A stretch of DNA of 64,000 bases, from contig OZ245838.1 in NCBI GenBank assembly GCA_965228735.1, forward strand, positions 6,176,001-6,240,000. The letters are read 5' to 3'. Below the pieces are notes generated by a model. The model had not been told where the DNA came from. It made no database searches and worked only from the letters and a program-made list of their open reading frames with translations. This document shows positions 38,492 to 46,953 of this stretch, piece after piece (positions within the stretch are counted from its first letter, which is position 1; every line of letters starts with the position of its first letter). The stretch comes from Planctomycetota bacterium. GTDB taxonomy: Bacteria; Planctomycetota; UBA1135; UBA2386. Position numbers and translations under genes: made by a program.

Positions 38492-39234
38492 ACGTCGAAG
38501 CGCACGCGCTCGCCGGTCACCGAATGGGCCGGGTCGGGCGCGAGCGGCGGCAGGTCGGGGTGGCGTTTGACGACGACCCGATCGGTCGCCGCCTTGCTGG
38601 CCACGTCGAACAACCCGTGTTCGTCCTCGGCTGGCCCGGCGAGCAGGCGGCAGATCTGCATGTCCTTCTTCACCTGTGCCCGCTTGTCGGCCTCCTCCCC
38701 CCAGAACATCGGGTCGAGGTAGACCACGTCGGGTCGTTCTTCGACGGGTCCCACGGCCAATGCGGTGAGCCGTTCTCGGGCGTCCCCGAGGCACACCCGG
38801 AGCCGCCCGTCGAGCCCGGCCTCGCCGACTCGGAGCGCTGCGAGCAGGGCGAGCGCGGGCACGCGCTCGATCGCGGTGACCTGGGCCCCGAGCACCGCGA
38901 GGGTCATCGCGTCGCGGGCCAGGCCGGCGGTCGCGTCGACGATCCGCGCGGTTTTTTTCCGCCCACCGAGCCCCGCCGCGCGGCCGAGCGGATCGCTCGG
39001 TCGGACGCTCCGCAGGCGCCGGACCAGCGTCCCGGCCGGATCGCGAACCTCCGCTCTCATCGGACCTTGCGTCAGCGGTGTAACGAGGGCGAGCGCGGAC
39101 CCGCGGCCGACGAACTGCCACGAATCGGGGTCCCGCGGAGCCGAACGGATCCCGAACTGGCTGGCCAGATCGGATTCCGCTCCACCGGCTCCCTCTGCCA
39201 GCGTAACTTCGATGCTCTCGGAGGTAGGTGTCAT
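38443..39234 (-). CDS. rsmJ: 16S rRNA m2G1516 methyltransferase RsmJ-like
   Basis: IVDATAGLARDA, DVVYLDPMF, VKKDMQ, RVVVKR and RFDVY motifs. Confidence 0.88.
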   Translation of the reverse strand: MTPTSESIEVTLAEGAGGAESDLASQFGIRSAPRDPDSWQFVGRGSALALVTPLTQGPMRAEVRDPAGTLVRRLRSVRPSDPLGRAAGLGGRKKTARIVDATAGLARDAMTLAVLGAQVTAIERVPALALLAALRVGEAGLDGRLRVCLGDARERLTALAVGPVEERPDVVYLDPMFWGEEADKRAQVKKDMQICRLLAGPAEDEHGLFDVASKAATDRVVVKRHPDLPPLAPDPAHSVTGERVRFDVYLVSPPPPSPPATGR

Positions 39235-39535
39235 TGGATGTTCGGTGGGCCGAGTCCATGGCCTATCGGACTGGCACTGGAGGGCGGGGATCGACGGTCG
39301 TAGATCGTCGATCCGAGCCCCTCGAGCGCCACTCTCTGCTCGCCGAACTCGCCAAAAACCGTTTCCGGTCGTCCAAATCACAAGGCCGGTCGCAAGGCCG
39401 ATTCTGACATCGAATCAGCCCGATCCCGACCTCTTTCTCTGGAACGTGCTAGCCTTTCGCAGATCGCGACGGGCATCCGGACACGGTCTGACTCCCATTC
39501 CCCCGATCCGTACCTCTCGACTCGAATTGCCTCCC

Positions 39536-40090
39536 ATGCGGCGCCTGCATCTCAAGCTGTTCTACCTCCGTACCCGCATCAAGCGTGAAGCCCAGGGCGT
39601 CACGGCCAAGACCCTCGGCGTGCGTCCTGCCACGATGTCGCACCTCGAGCAGGGCCGTTCGCTGCCCACGCTCACGATGCTGCTCGCGCTCTGCAAGCAC
39701 TACGACGTCACGCCGACCTACCTGCTCGACGACGATCGTCCGATCGAGCCCCAGGCCCGCGATCGTTGGAGCGAACGGGATGCCGTGATCGCCCGCGGCA
39801 GCTGGCTCGAGGTCGCGGACGGCGCGACGGTCACGACCAACGACGGGGTCCGCCTCGTCGCGGTCCAGCCCGGCGCCCGCCACTACGATGCGAACACCCA
39901 GGCCGAGCGCATGACCTGCACGTCGACGGCCGCCGCCGGCGAACTCGAGGCCAAGCTCGCAAAGACCGCCGAGGACGGCGACAAGGAGCTCGAGGAGACG
40001 TTGACGCGCGAGCTGATGTCGCAGCGCAAGCCCCGCAACAAGCCCGTCGCCAAGAGCAACCTGAAGCCGGCGATGGCGCAGGCCGAGTAG
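39536..40090 (+). CDS. XRE-family helix-turn-helix regulator
   Basis: QGVTAKTLGVRPATMSHLEQGRSLPTLTMLLALCKHYDVTPTYLL. Confidence 0.88.
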   Translation: MRRLHLKLFYLRTRIKREAQGVTAKTLGVRPATMSHLEQGRSLPTLTMLLALCKHYDVTPTYLLDDDRPIEPQARDRWSERDAVIARGSWLEVADGATVTTNDGVRLVAVQPGARHYDANTQAERMTCTSTAAAGELEAKLAKTAEDGDKELEETLTRELMSQRKPRNKPVAKSNLKPAMAQAE

Positions 40091-40132
40091 TCCGCCCGCC
40101 GCCGGCCGGCCCGCCCGCGGGCCGCCGGCCGT

Positions 40133-41290
40133 TCAGTCCGCTGCGCGCACGCGCTCGAGCACGTCACTGACGCGCGCCGCGAACCGCGGGAGCGAATAGC
40201 ACTCCCGCGCCTGTTCTCGCCCCGCGAGGCCGAGGGCGCTGCGCTCCGCCGCATCCTGCAGCAGGCCCCGGATGCCGTCGCGCAGCGCGTTCACGTTCCC
40301 GGGCGGAACGAGCAGCCCGGTGATCCCGTCGCGGATCATCTCCGGCGTGCCGCCGATCCGGCTCGCCACGACCGCGCGCCCGGCCGCCTGGGCCTCGGCG
40401 ATGCTGCGCGGGGCCGACTCCGCGGCCGTGCTCGGCACGACGACGACGTCGACGCCGGCGAGCACCGCAGGCACGTCGTCGCGGTGGCCGAGGAAGTGGG
40501 TGCGGTCCGCGATGCCGAGCGTGTTCGCGAGTTGTTGGAGCGTGTCGGTATGTCCGCGGATGCGCGCCTGCGAGTCGGCGAACGCCTCGGTCCCGACGAT
40601 GAGCACGTGCGGCCGCGGCTCGATCGCCGCGCACGCGCGCAGCAGCACGTCGTGGCCCTTGTGGGGGTCGATGCGGCCGACGATCGCGACGAGCGGGGTG
40701 GGGTTGCCGTCGCCCCCGGTTTCGAGTGCCGCGAGGCCGAGCTCCCGCCGCAGTCGCGTCGCGTGCTCGGGCTCCGTGCCAGCAGTGAAGAACGCGTCCG
40801 GCACGCCGTTCTCGATCACGTCCGCATCGTCGCGCCGCAGCGCCGCGGCGGCTTCGCGGGACGGCGTGATCACGGCGCGGGCCCGCCGCTGCGCGCGCCG
40901 CACGATCGCGGAGTCCGAAACGATGTGAACGTGCCACACCGCGCGCAGCCGGTGCGGTCGTTCGCGCTGCGCGAGCACGCCCGCGTAGCCCGCGATCATC
41001 GAGTTGGCGTAGCAGACGTCGCTGCCGGTGCGCTCGGCGACGCGGCGGATCGCGCGCGCGGCGGGCAGCAGGCTCAGGAGCTTCCGCACCGGGCCGCCGC
41101 CGCCGATCGGGATCGTCTCGATCGGGACCTCGAGTTCCCGTGCCCGTTCCGTCAGCGGCCCGTCGCCCGGCACGAGCAGATGCGGCGCGAAGCGCTCGCG
41201 GTCCAGCGTCGCGAGCAGGTCCGCGAGCACCCGCTCGGCGCCACCCCAGTCGACGACGTGGCTGCAGAACAGGATCGGAGAAGGGGCCAC
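40133..41290 (-). CDS. Glycosyltransferase family 4
   Basis: GGAER, VGRIDPHKG and ESAPRSIAEAQAAGRAVVASRIGG motifs. Confidence 0.92.
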   Translation of the reverse strand: MAPSPILFCSHVVDWGGAERVLADLLATLDRERFAPHLLVPGDGPLTERARELEVPIETIPIGGGGPVRKLLSLLPAARAIRRVAERTGSDVCYANSMIAGYAGVLAQRERPHRLRAVWHVHIVSDSAIVRRAQRRARAVITPSREAAAALRRDDADVIENGVPDAFFTAGTEPEHATRLRRELGLAALETGGDGNPTPLVAIVGRIDPHKGHDVLLRACAAIEPRPHVLIVGTEAFADSQARIRGHTDTLQQLANTLGIADRTHFLGHRDDVPAVLAGVDVVVVPSTAAESAPRSIAEAQAAGRAVVASRIGGTPEMIRDGITGLLVPPGNVNALRDGIRGLLQDAAERSALGLAGREQARECYSLPRFAARVSDVLERVRAAD

Positions 41291-41379
41291 GACGACGCGA
41301 GGCTACGCCGGGCGCCGGTGCCGATAAAGCGTGACCGCCTGCTAAGGCCGGGGCTCGAACTGGCCGATGACAGGGGAAG

Positions 41380-42246
41380 ATGCCACCCGCTCCGGCGCAG
41401 CCCGAGGTCGCGATCGTGATCCCGTGCTACCGGTATGCCCACGTGCTGCCGGACGCGGTGCGGAGCGCTGTCCAGCAGACCTGGGAGAACGTCCGCATCG
41501 TCATCGTCGACGACGGCAGCCCGGACGAGACCCGGGCGGTCGCCGAGCAACTGATCGCGGAGCACCCGGACGCGCGCATCGATTACGTGCATCAGCCCAA
41601 CCAGGGCCTCGCGGCCGCGCGCAACACCGGCATCCGCGCGACGAGCAGCGAGTTCGTGCTGCCGCTCGACGCTGACGACCGGCTCGTTCCCGAAGCCGTC
41701 GAACGCCTCGTCACCGCCTTGCGCGCCGAGAACGCGGACGTCGCGACGCCGCTGGGTCGCACGTTCGGCGACGAGGATCGCGCGCTCGTCACGCTGCCCG
41801 TCACGCGCCGGCGGCTGCTCGCGGGCAACTGTCTCGTCTACTCGAGCATGTTCCGCCGCAGCCTCTACGACCGGGTCGGCGGCTACGGCAACAACATGCA
41901 CGCGGGCTACGAGGACTGGGACTTCTGGCTCGGCGCGCTCGAGCGCGGCGCGCGCTTCACCCACGTCGCCGAAGAGCTGTTCTGCTACCGGCGGCATGGC
42001 GCGACGATGCTCAGCAGCGCGGATCGCGCCGCGCTGCAGCTGCGCGCGACGATCGTGAGCAACCACCCGGCGCTCTATCCCGCGTGGCGCGTGTGGCTCG
42101 CGCGCCGCTGGCTGACGCAGGCCGAACGACCGACGTGGCCCGTGCGGCTCGGCATGCTCGTGACGCTGCTCGTGGACCGCCGGCTGGGGCAGTTCTGGCG
42201 CCAGGTGGCGTTGCTGCGGGAGCCGGCGGCGTTGTCGGGGAGTTGA
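41380..42246 (+). CDS. Glycosyltransferase family 2
   Basis: IVIPCY, VDDGSPD, NQGLAAARNTG, LDADD and YEDWDFW motifs. Confidence 0.93.
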   Translation: MPPAPAQPEVAIVIPCYRYAHVLPDAVRSAVQQTWENVRIVIVDDGSPDETRAVAEQLIAEHPDARIDYVHQPNQGLAAARNTGIRATSSEFVLPLDADDRLVPEAVERLVTALRAENADVATPLGRTFGDEDRALVTLPVTRRRLLAGNCLVYSSMFRRSLYDRVGGYGNNMHAGYEDWDFWLGALERGARFTHVAEELFCYRRHGATMLSSADRAALQLRATIVSNHPALYPAWRVWLARRWLTQAERPTWPVRLGMLVTLLVDRRLGQFWRQVALLREPAALSGS

Positions 42247-42280
42247 GGGGGCGTGGTGCCCGTTCTCGGACGCGGCTCGC

Positions 42281-42366
42281 TTCAGCCCGGCCCCTGTTCA
42301 ACTCGGCCCAGCTCAACAGGGCCCAGCTCAACAGGGCCCAGGTCAACTCGGCCCCAGTTCAACTCG
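42281..42366. repeat. Six 15-16-bp tandem units (consensus about TTCAACTCGGCCCAG) at the parE stop
   Basis: TCA (minus-strand TGA) recurs at 42282, 42298, 42313, 42328, 42343 and 42359. Confidence 0.88.
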
Positions 42367-42679
42367 GTCCGGGATCGAGCCGCTCTCGCAGACGGGTCAG
42401 CAGATCCATGTTCTCGTGAAGCACCGCGAGGATCGTCAGCTTGCGGCGCCCTCGACGGACCGAGAACACGACGTGGTGCTCGCATCGCGAGGCGCGCAGT
42501 TGTGGCCAGTCTTCGAACGCTGTCTTCGTCCGGGCTTCGCCGTTGGCCAGGGCGTCGAAGTGCCCGGCCAAGGACGGCGCGTAGCGCCTGGATTGCCCGG
42601 CACCCCATCGTGCGGTTGTGTAGTCCGCAATGCTTTCGAGATCGTCTTCGGCGCCCGCGGCGAGTTCGTACTCATGCAT
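42359..42679 (-). CDS. parE: RelE/ParE-family toxin
   Basis: YELAAGAEDDLESIADYTTARWGAGQSRRY...RCEHHVVF...ILAVLHENMDL. Confidence 0.9.
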   Translation of the reverse strand: MHEYELAAGAEDDLESIADYTTARWGAGQSRRYAPSLAGHFDALANGEARTKTAFEDWPQLRASRCEHHVVFSVRRGRRKLTILAVLHENMDLLTRLRERLDPGPS

Positions 42680-42929
42680 CGGGGCCGGCGGAGCGCTTCT
42701 CGGCCGCGTCGGCGAAGATGGCCTCGACGGACCGGTCGCTCACCTCGCCAGCATCGACTTGGGCCGCACGTTCCCGCAGCAGCGTTTCGAGCTCGGCAAG
42801 CGCCTCGCCGGCCTCGGTGCCGATCGTGCTCGCTAGTACGAACTCCTTGATGCTCTTGCCCTGCAGCGCCGCGAGGGCCTTGAGTCGGTGGCTCTGCTGC
42901 TCGGTCACTTCGATGGTGATTCGCTTCAT
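42672..42929 (-). CDS. Ribbon-helix-helix antitoxin upstream of ParE
   Basis: MKRITIEVTEQQSHRLKALAALQGKSIKEFVL, acidic C-terminus, overlaps the toxin start. Confidence 0.85.
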   Translation of the reverse strand: MKRITIEVTEQQSHRLKALAALQGKSIKEFVLASTIGTEAGEALAELETLLRERAAQVDAGEVSDRSVEAIFADAAEKRSAGPDA

Positions 42930-42959
42930 GGGTGGCCGCTGGGTCGTCATCGGCCATGC

Positions 42960-42988
42960 AAGATAGAGTGGACCCATAGAATTGTCAA
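42960..42988 (-). promoter_or_regulatory. Sigma70-type promoter of the first TA operon
   Basis: Minus strand TTGACA (42988-42983), N17, TATCTT (42965-42960), overlapped by an imperfect palindrome GACCCATA...TGTGTGGTC. Confidence 0.75.
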
Positions 42989-43044
42989 TTTGTGTGGTCT
43001 GGCGGCGCCCGATGAGGCGAGGTGTTGGCCTGCCCGGTTGATGT

Positions 43045-43096
43045 TCCGATGTCATCGATAGGAGTGCACCAACCGGCGTCAAAACGCAGGCTCATC
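43045..43096. repeat. 52-bp direct repeat, copy 1
   Basis: TCCGATGTCATCGATAGGAGTGCACCAACCGGCGTCAAAACGCAGGCTCATC, 48/52 identical to 43982-44033. Confidence 0.92.
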
Positions 43097-43253
43097 ATCG
43101 TCGTTCTGGAAGAGACTTGGCTCTCCGCTGGCTCCGACCAAGGTGGCCGGCACCGGCGACGATCTAGCCGCTGGTCAGCTGCTGCCGATTTCCGACCGCG
43201 CGACGCTTCCCAGGCCCCGAGGGTCGTCAGTTCCGTTCGCGGCCCTGCGTCTC

Positions 43254-43547
43254 TCAGACGTGCCGTTCAGGGTCCATACTCCCGTGCAGCACTCGCTGAA
43301 CAACGACCTCAGTGTCGTCGAAGGTATAGAACGCAACATGCTTGCGGATGAGCTTCGACCGGTAGCCCTCGCGGATCGATTCGTGGTCCTGCCCTCGCTC
43401 TGGCGCCATGCCACATTCTCGAAGCCCGGCATCGATCTGGTCGAGATAGAGGTCGGCCTGCGCTTCGCCAAAGCGGCCGCAGCTCCACCGCCAGATCTCC
43501 CGAAGGTCGGCCTCGGCGCGCTCGCTGATGACCAGCGACCGCATCAA
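43254..43547 (-). CDS. parE: RelE/ParE-family toxin
   Basis: ISERAEADLREIWRWSCGRFGEAQADLY...GYRSKLIRKHVAFY...RVLHGSMD. Confidence 0.92.
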   Translation of the reverse strand: MMRSLVISERAEADLREIWRWSCGRFGEAQADLYLDQIDAGLRECGMAPERGQDHESIREGYRSKLIRKHVAFYTFDDTEVVVQRVLHGSMDPERHV

Positions 43548-43795
43548 GGTTCGAGGCCAGCTTCAGCGCGCGCCTCTCTCTTGATCTTGTCCATATCGAG
43601 CGGGCCGGCGATGCCGCTCTCTTCGCCCTCGATCAGGGCGTTGCGGAGCGCCTCAACCTTCTGCTCGTGTTCCTCGAGCAGGCGTAGGCCCGAACGGATG
43701 GCGTCTGTCGCGTTGGCGTAGCGGCCGGTCTTGATCAACGAAGCCACGAAGGTGTCGAAGTGGTCTCCGAGGATGAAGGATGTGTTCTTGGACAC
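43544..43795 (-). CDS. parD: ParD-family antitoxin
   Basis: GTG start after AAGGAGG. SKNTSFILGDHF...GRYANATDAIRSGLRLLEE...LIEGEESG. Overlaps the toxin start. Confidence 0.92.
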   Translation of the reverse strand: MSKNTSFILGDHFDTFVASLIKTGRYANATDAIRSGLRLLEEHEQKVEALRNALIEGEESGIAGPLDMDKIKREARAEAGLEP

Positions 43796-43824
43796 GGGAG
43801 CCTCCTTGCAGCTGTTCTGGCCAG

Positions 43825-43843
43825 TATACCAGATAATGGTATA
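43825..43843. promoter_or_regulatory. Palindromic operator candidate for ParDE autorepression
   Basis: TATACCA-N5-TGGTATA, about 30 bp upstream of parD, in an AT-rich patch. Confidence 0.65.
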
Positions 43844-43981
43844 TCGGTCAGGCGAGTGAGCGGCTCGAGCGCTCGTCACGTTGAACGCCATGGATCGACC
43901 TGGTCCACGAGCTCGTCGCGGTAGGAGGCACAGCCCGTCGACCCTCGCGCCCGCTGCGGAACGCGCCGATTCGCGTATTGC

Positions 43982-44033
43982 TCCGGTGTCATCGATAGGA
44001 GTGCACCAACCGGCGTCGAACCGCTGGCTCATC
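43982..44033. repeat. 52-bp direct repeat, copy 2
   Basis: TCCGGTGTCATCGATAGGAGTGCACCAACCGGCGTCGAACCGCTGGCTCATC. Confidence 0.92.
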
Positions 44034-44114
44034 CCACAAAAACCTCGATGGGCGGGTCGCGCCGCGGCCCTTGGTCAGAACCGAAGAGGCGCCCCGAAGG
44101 CGCGCGGCGAGGTC

Positions 44115-44153
44115 CTGACCGAGTTTGCCCGCTTCGCGGGCAACCTCGGTCAG
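44115..44153 (-). terminator. Hairpin overlapping the stop codon of the upstream secreted-protein gene
   Basis: CTGACCGAGTTTGCCCGC-TTC-GCGGGCAACCTCGGTCAG, 18-bp stem with one mismatch, no U-tract. Confidence 0.5.
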
Positions 44154-45523
44154 AACTTGCCGACCGTGCCCACCATCGACGGGCTCGCGAGCATGCCGAG
44201 CGGGTTGGCCGCGGGTGCTGGGCCGAACGCCTGATGGAAGAACTGGACGCCGAGCAGGCCGATCGAGTTCGGGATCGCGAACTGGACGGTGGCGCGTCCG
44301 TTGCCCGACGGCGTGCCGAACACCGACGCCGCGGGGGCGATGTTCAGCGTGCACTGCGGCATGCCGATCGGCTGCAGTGACTGCGGCAACGGCTGGCCCG
44401 CGAACGTCTGATCGTCGAAGCCCATCGCGAGGATGCCGACGCCGAGCGGCAGCCCGGCGATGTCGACGGCCATCGTTCCGTCGAGCCAGGCGCGGGTCCA
44501 CGGCTCGCTGAGCTCGAGCGTGAGGGGGTTGGGGCCGGTGCAACCGGCCGCGTGCGGTTGGTAGGTCGCGGGATGGACGTCCGCGAGGTAGGACCAGGAG
44601 CTGAGCCCAGCACCGGGGGTGTAGCCGTAGCGGCGATTCCGGCGGCTGTCGTAGGCGCCGTTCCATGTGGCGAGGTAGCCCGTGCCCTGAACCCCGATTT
44701 GGTCCCAGCCGCCGTTGCCGTCGTACATGTAGGCTTCGATCACGGAGCCGTGCGCGTTGTGGTCGTGCCGCATCACGCGGCCGCGGTGGGCATCGAACCA
44801 CACCATCGTTGAGCCGAGCATCGGTCCCGAGTTGCCCATGTCGACCCAGCCGTTGATCGGGTCCCACTCCCAGGTCACCGCTTCTGCCTGGATCAAGGAG
44901 TTGAGAGGGGGCGGGTGGTGTTCATACCGACCGAACATGACCAGCTTGTCGCGCCGCGTATCATATGCGATGGGGCCATAGCGATAGAGGTTCAGGCTCT
45001 GTAAGCGCCGATTGGGGGGGCGATTCGCCGACGAATGAATCGTCTCGTTTCCGGCGTTCCATTCGAACACGTCGAAGCCACCGGTGACCGCGCCGACCGA
45101 AACTATGCTGCCGAGCGTTACATGGAAGACGGCAGGATCGGCGCTCGTCGGACCTGGTCCAGCAAACGCCCACGAGGTCCCGTCCCATTCCCAGGCTTCC
45201 GGCCCGTTCGTTGTTGAGATGAACAGTACGGTCACTGAGCGGGTAGAGTCGAAGACCGGCACCGTCGATGCGTATGAGGACGGGATGAGAGGCGGTCGAG
45301 GCTGCCAGCTGGTCCCGTCGAACTCCTCGAGGGATCCGGGTCGGTGCGCGATCAACCGATCCCGGGCTGAGTCGTACACGAAGTTGCCGCCTATGCTCGG
45401 CGGTGGCGCTGGTGTCCAAGCGACCTGCGCGGCCAACGGCATCGCCGTGACGACGATCGCACAACCCCAATTCAGAACGCGCAGCACACTGGCAAGCATG
45501 CGGCAGGTCGCGCATTCGAGCAA
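44150..45523 (-). CDS. Secreted kelch/beta-propeller-like (WEWDG repeat) protein with C-terminal lineage-type domain
   Basis: Repeated YDS.R.. and WEWDG..W units. Terminal AGC...GMPQCTL...IPNSIGLLGVQFFHQ...NPLGMLAS. True start may be a few codons downstream. Confidence 0.8.
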   Translation of the reverse strand: MLECATCRMLASVLRVLNWGCAIVVTAMPLAAQVAWTPAPPPSIGGNFVYDSARDRLIAHRPGSLEEFDGTSWQPRPPLIPSSYASTVPVFDSTRSVTVLFISTTNGPEAWEWDGTSWAFAGPGPTSADPAVFHVTLGSIVSVGAVTGGFDVFEWNAGNETIHSSANRPPNRRLQSLNLYRYGPIAYDTRRDKLVMFGRYEHHPPPLNSLIQAEAVTWEWDPINGWVDMGNSGPMLGSTMVWFDAHRGRVMRHDHNAHGSVIEAYMYDGNGGWDQIGVQGTGYLATWNGAYDSRRNRRYGYTPGAGLSSWSYLADVHPATYQPHAAGCTGPNPLTLELSEPWTRAWLDGTMAVDIAGLPLGVGILAMGFDDQTFAGQPLPQSLQPIGMPQCTLNIAPAASVFGTPSGNGRATVQFAIPNSIGLLGVQFFHQAFGPAPAANPLGMLASPSMVGTVGKF

Positions 45524-45571
45524 TCCCCGCTGCCTTGGTCGCTGGCCGATTGCCGTGGTACCGTGTCAGGC

Positions 45572-45823
45572 ATGCACGAGCCGATCGCGGCGGACCTACG
45601 ACAGCAACTCGAAGCCCTGGCGCAGGAGCGTGGGGCGACCGTGGACGGCCTGCTGCGTGAGCTCCTCCGCCGGGCTCGACTCGAGACCGGCCCGAGCCGT
45701 GAACACGGTGAGCGCGACTGTTTCGAACTCGCGCAGGCGTCAGGCGTGATCGGCGCGGTCGCAAACACGCCTCGCGATCTGAGCTCGAACCCGGATCGAC
45801 TCGACGGCTTCGGCCGCGAGTGA
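45572..45823 (+). CDS. Orphan RHH/CopG-like antitoxin (VapB-type)
   Basis: LRQQLEALAQERGATVDGLLRELL N-terminus and GVIGAV...PRDLSSNPDRLDGFG tail typical of PIN-toxin partners. Confidence 0.7.
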   Translation: MHEPIAADLRQQLEALAQERGATVDGLLRELLRRARLETGPSREHGERDCFELAQASGVIGAVANTPRDLSSNPDRLDGFGRE

Positions 45824-45860
45824 GCGCCGTTCGGTAGCGCTGGCTCCCGCAGGCGTCCCG

Positions 45861-46523
45861 CTACGCCTGCTTCTGCGCCACGAACAAGCTGTCCACGTAG
45901 CGCTTGTTGGTCCAGAACGGTTCGCCCGCGATCTCCTCGTCGACGACGCGACGCGGCCCGTCGTGCACCGCGTGCACCACGTCATGCATGAGCAGCAGGC
46001 CGCCGGGCTTGAGGCGCGGCGCCCAGTCGCGGTAGTCGCGCAGCACGGACTCGTAGGCGTGATCGCCGTCGAGGAAGAGCAGGTCGATGTCGCCCTCGAA
46101 GTCCGTCGCGACGTCGTGACTCAGACCCGCGCGCACTTCGATCACATCGCGCAGCCCGGCCGCCTGCAGGTTGCCCTCGAACGAGCTGCGCAGCGGACCA
46201 TCGATGCGACCCTGGCGGCCGTGGTAGTCGGCGAGACTCTCGGCGTCGCCCGACGCGTCGAACGGATCGATGCAGATCAGCCGCGCGTCCGTCTTGCCCT
46301 CGAGCCCGCGCGCGATGCAGATGCTGCTCTTGCCCTGCCAGCTGCCGATCTCGACTGCGACCGCACCGTCCTGCAGTGACTTGCTGCACTCATAGAGGGT
46401 GATCGCCTCATCGACCGTGAGCCAGCCGTCGACCGACACGTAGGGCAGCAGCGCGTGGTAGCGCAGGCCGCGCATCAGGAGCCGGGCGCGCGTGCCGAGG
46501 CGGAGGGGGCGTCGGGTCTGCAT
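45861..46523 (-). CDS. Class I SAM-dependent methyltransferase (Methyltransf_24-like)
   Basis: VEIGSWQGKS, CIDPF, IDLLFLDGDHAYE and LKPGGLLLMHD motifs. Confidence 0.88.
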   Translation of the reverse strand: MQTRRPLRLGTRARLLMRGLRYHALLPYVSVDGWLTVDEAITLYECSKSLQDGAVAVEIGSWQGKSSICIARGLEGKTDARLICIDPFDASGDAESLADYHGRQGRIDGPLRSSFEGNLQAAGLRDVIEVRAGLSHDVATDFEGDIDLLFLDGDHAYESVLRDYRDWAPRLKPGGLLLMHDVVHAVHDGPRRVVDEEIAGEPFWTNKRYVDSLFVAQKQA

Positions 46524-46619
46524 CGTCCGTGGTATCGGCGTTCTCGGGGCTTGTCCTGAACCCGTCAATCGAGCTGCCTAGAACAAGGAATGCCTGAAAA
46601 TGCCAATTATTGACATCCA

Positions 46620-46628
46620 TGCTATACT
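46620..46628 (+). promoter_or_regulatory. Extended -10 (TGcTATACT), probably leaderless transcript
   Basis: Lies 7 nt before ATG 46636, no SD sequence. Confidence 0.55.
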
Positions 46629-46635
46629 TCGGACC

Positions 46636-46953
46636 ATGGCCGACTCGAAGGAACGCGGCGGCAAGACCGTCGGGATGAACGTGTCCTTGCCGACCGAACT
46701 CGCGCGGGCAGTCCGTTCGACGGTCGACGGCGGCCTGTACGCCTCGTCGAGCGAGGTCATTCGCGAGGCCCTCCGGCGGTTCTTCGCGGCCCCGTTGCCG
46801 CAGCGCGACGCGGCTCTGGCCGAGCGGCAGCACGCCGGACTCGATGCGCTCATCGAGCAGATCCGGTCGCTGCCGCCGACCCAGCCACCGAACGACGGAT
46901 TGGCTGGCAGCAGCGATCACGATGCCGTGCTCTACGGACCGGACCGGTCGTGA
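46636..46953 (+). CDS. RHH antitoxin (ParD-like N-terminus, VapB-like C-terminus)
   Basis: MNVSLPTEL...GGLYASSSEVIREALR, tail GSSDHDAVLYG, GTGA overlap with the PIN gene. Confidence 0.8.
   Translation: MADSKERGGKTVGMNVSLPTELARAVRSTVDGGLYASSSEVIREALRRFFAAPLPQRDAALAERQHAGLDALIEQIRSLPPTQPPNDGLAGSSDHDAVLYGPDRS

Noticed and set aside
39240..39535. Possible ncRNA or riboswitch in the lower-GC rsmJ/XRE spacer (also 33263-33593)
   Set aside because: Hairpins are present but no recognisable RNA family motif. Divergent promoters explain the regions adequately.
42281..42366. Possible CRISPR array
   Set aside because: Contiguous 15-16-bp units with no unique spacers and no cas genes in the window.
43982..44033. 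tRNA 3' fragment (att site) reading of the 52-bp repeat
   Set aside because: GGTTCGA occurs on the minus strand of copy 2 only, the T-stem is imperfect, there is no CCA and no cloverleaf. Not excluded but unsupported.
46610..46628. TTGACA...TATACT as a canonical -35/-10 pair
   Set aside because: Spacing is only 7 nt, so only the extended -10 was kept.
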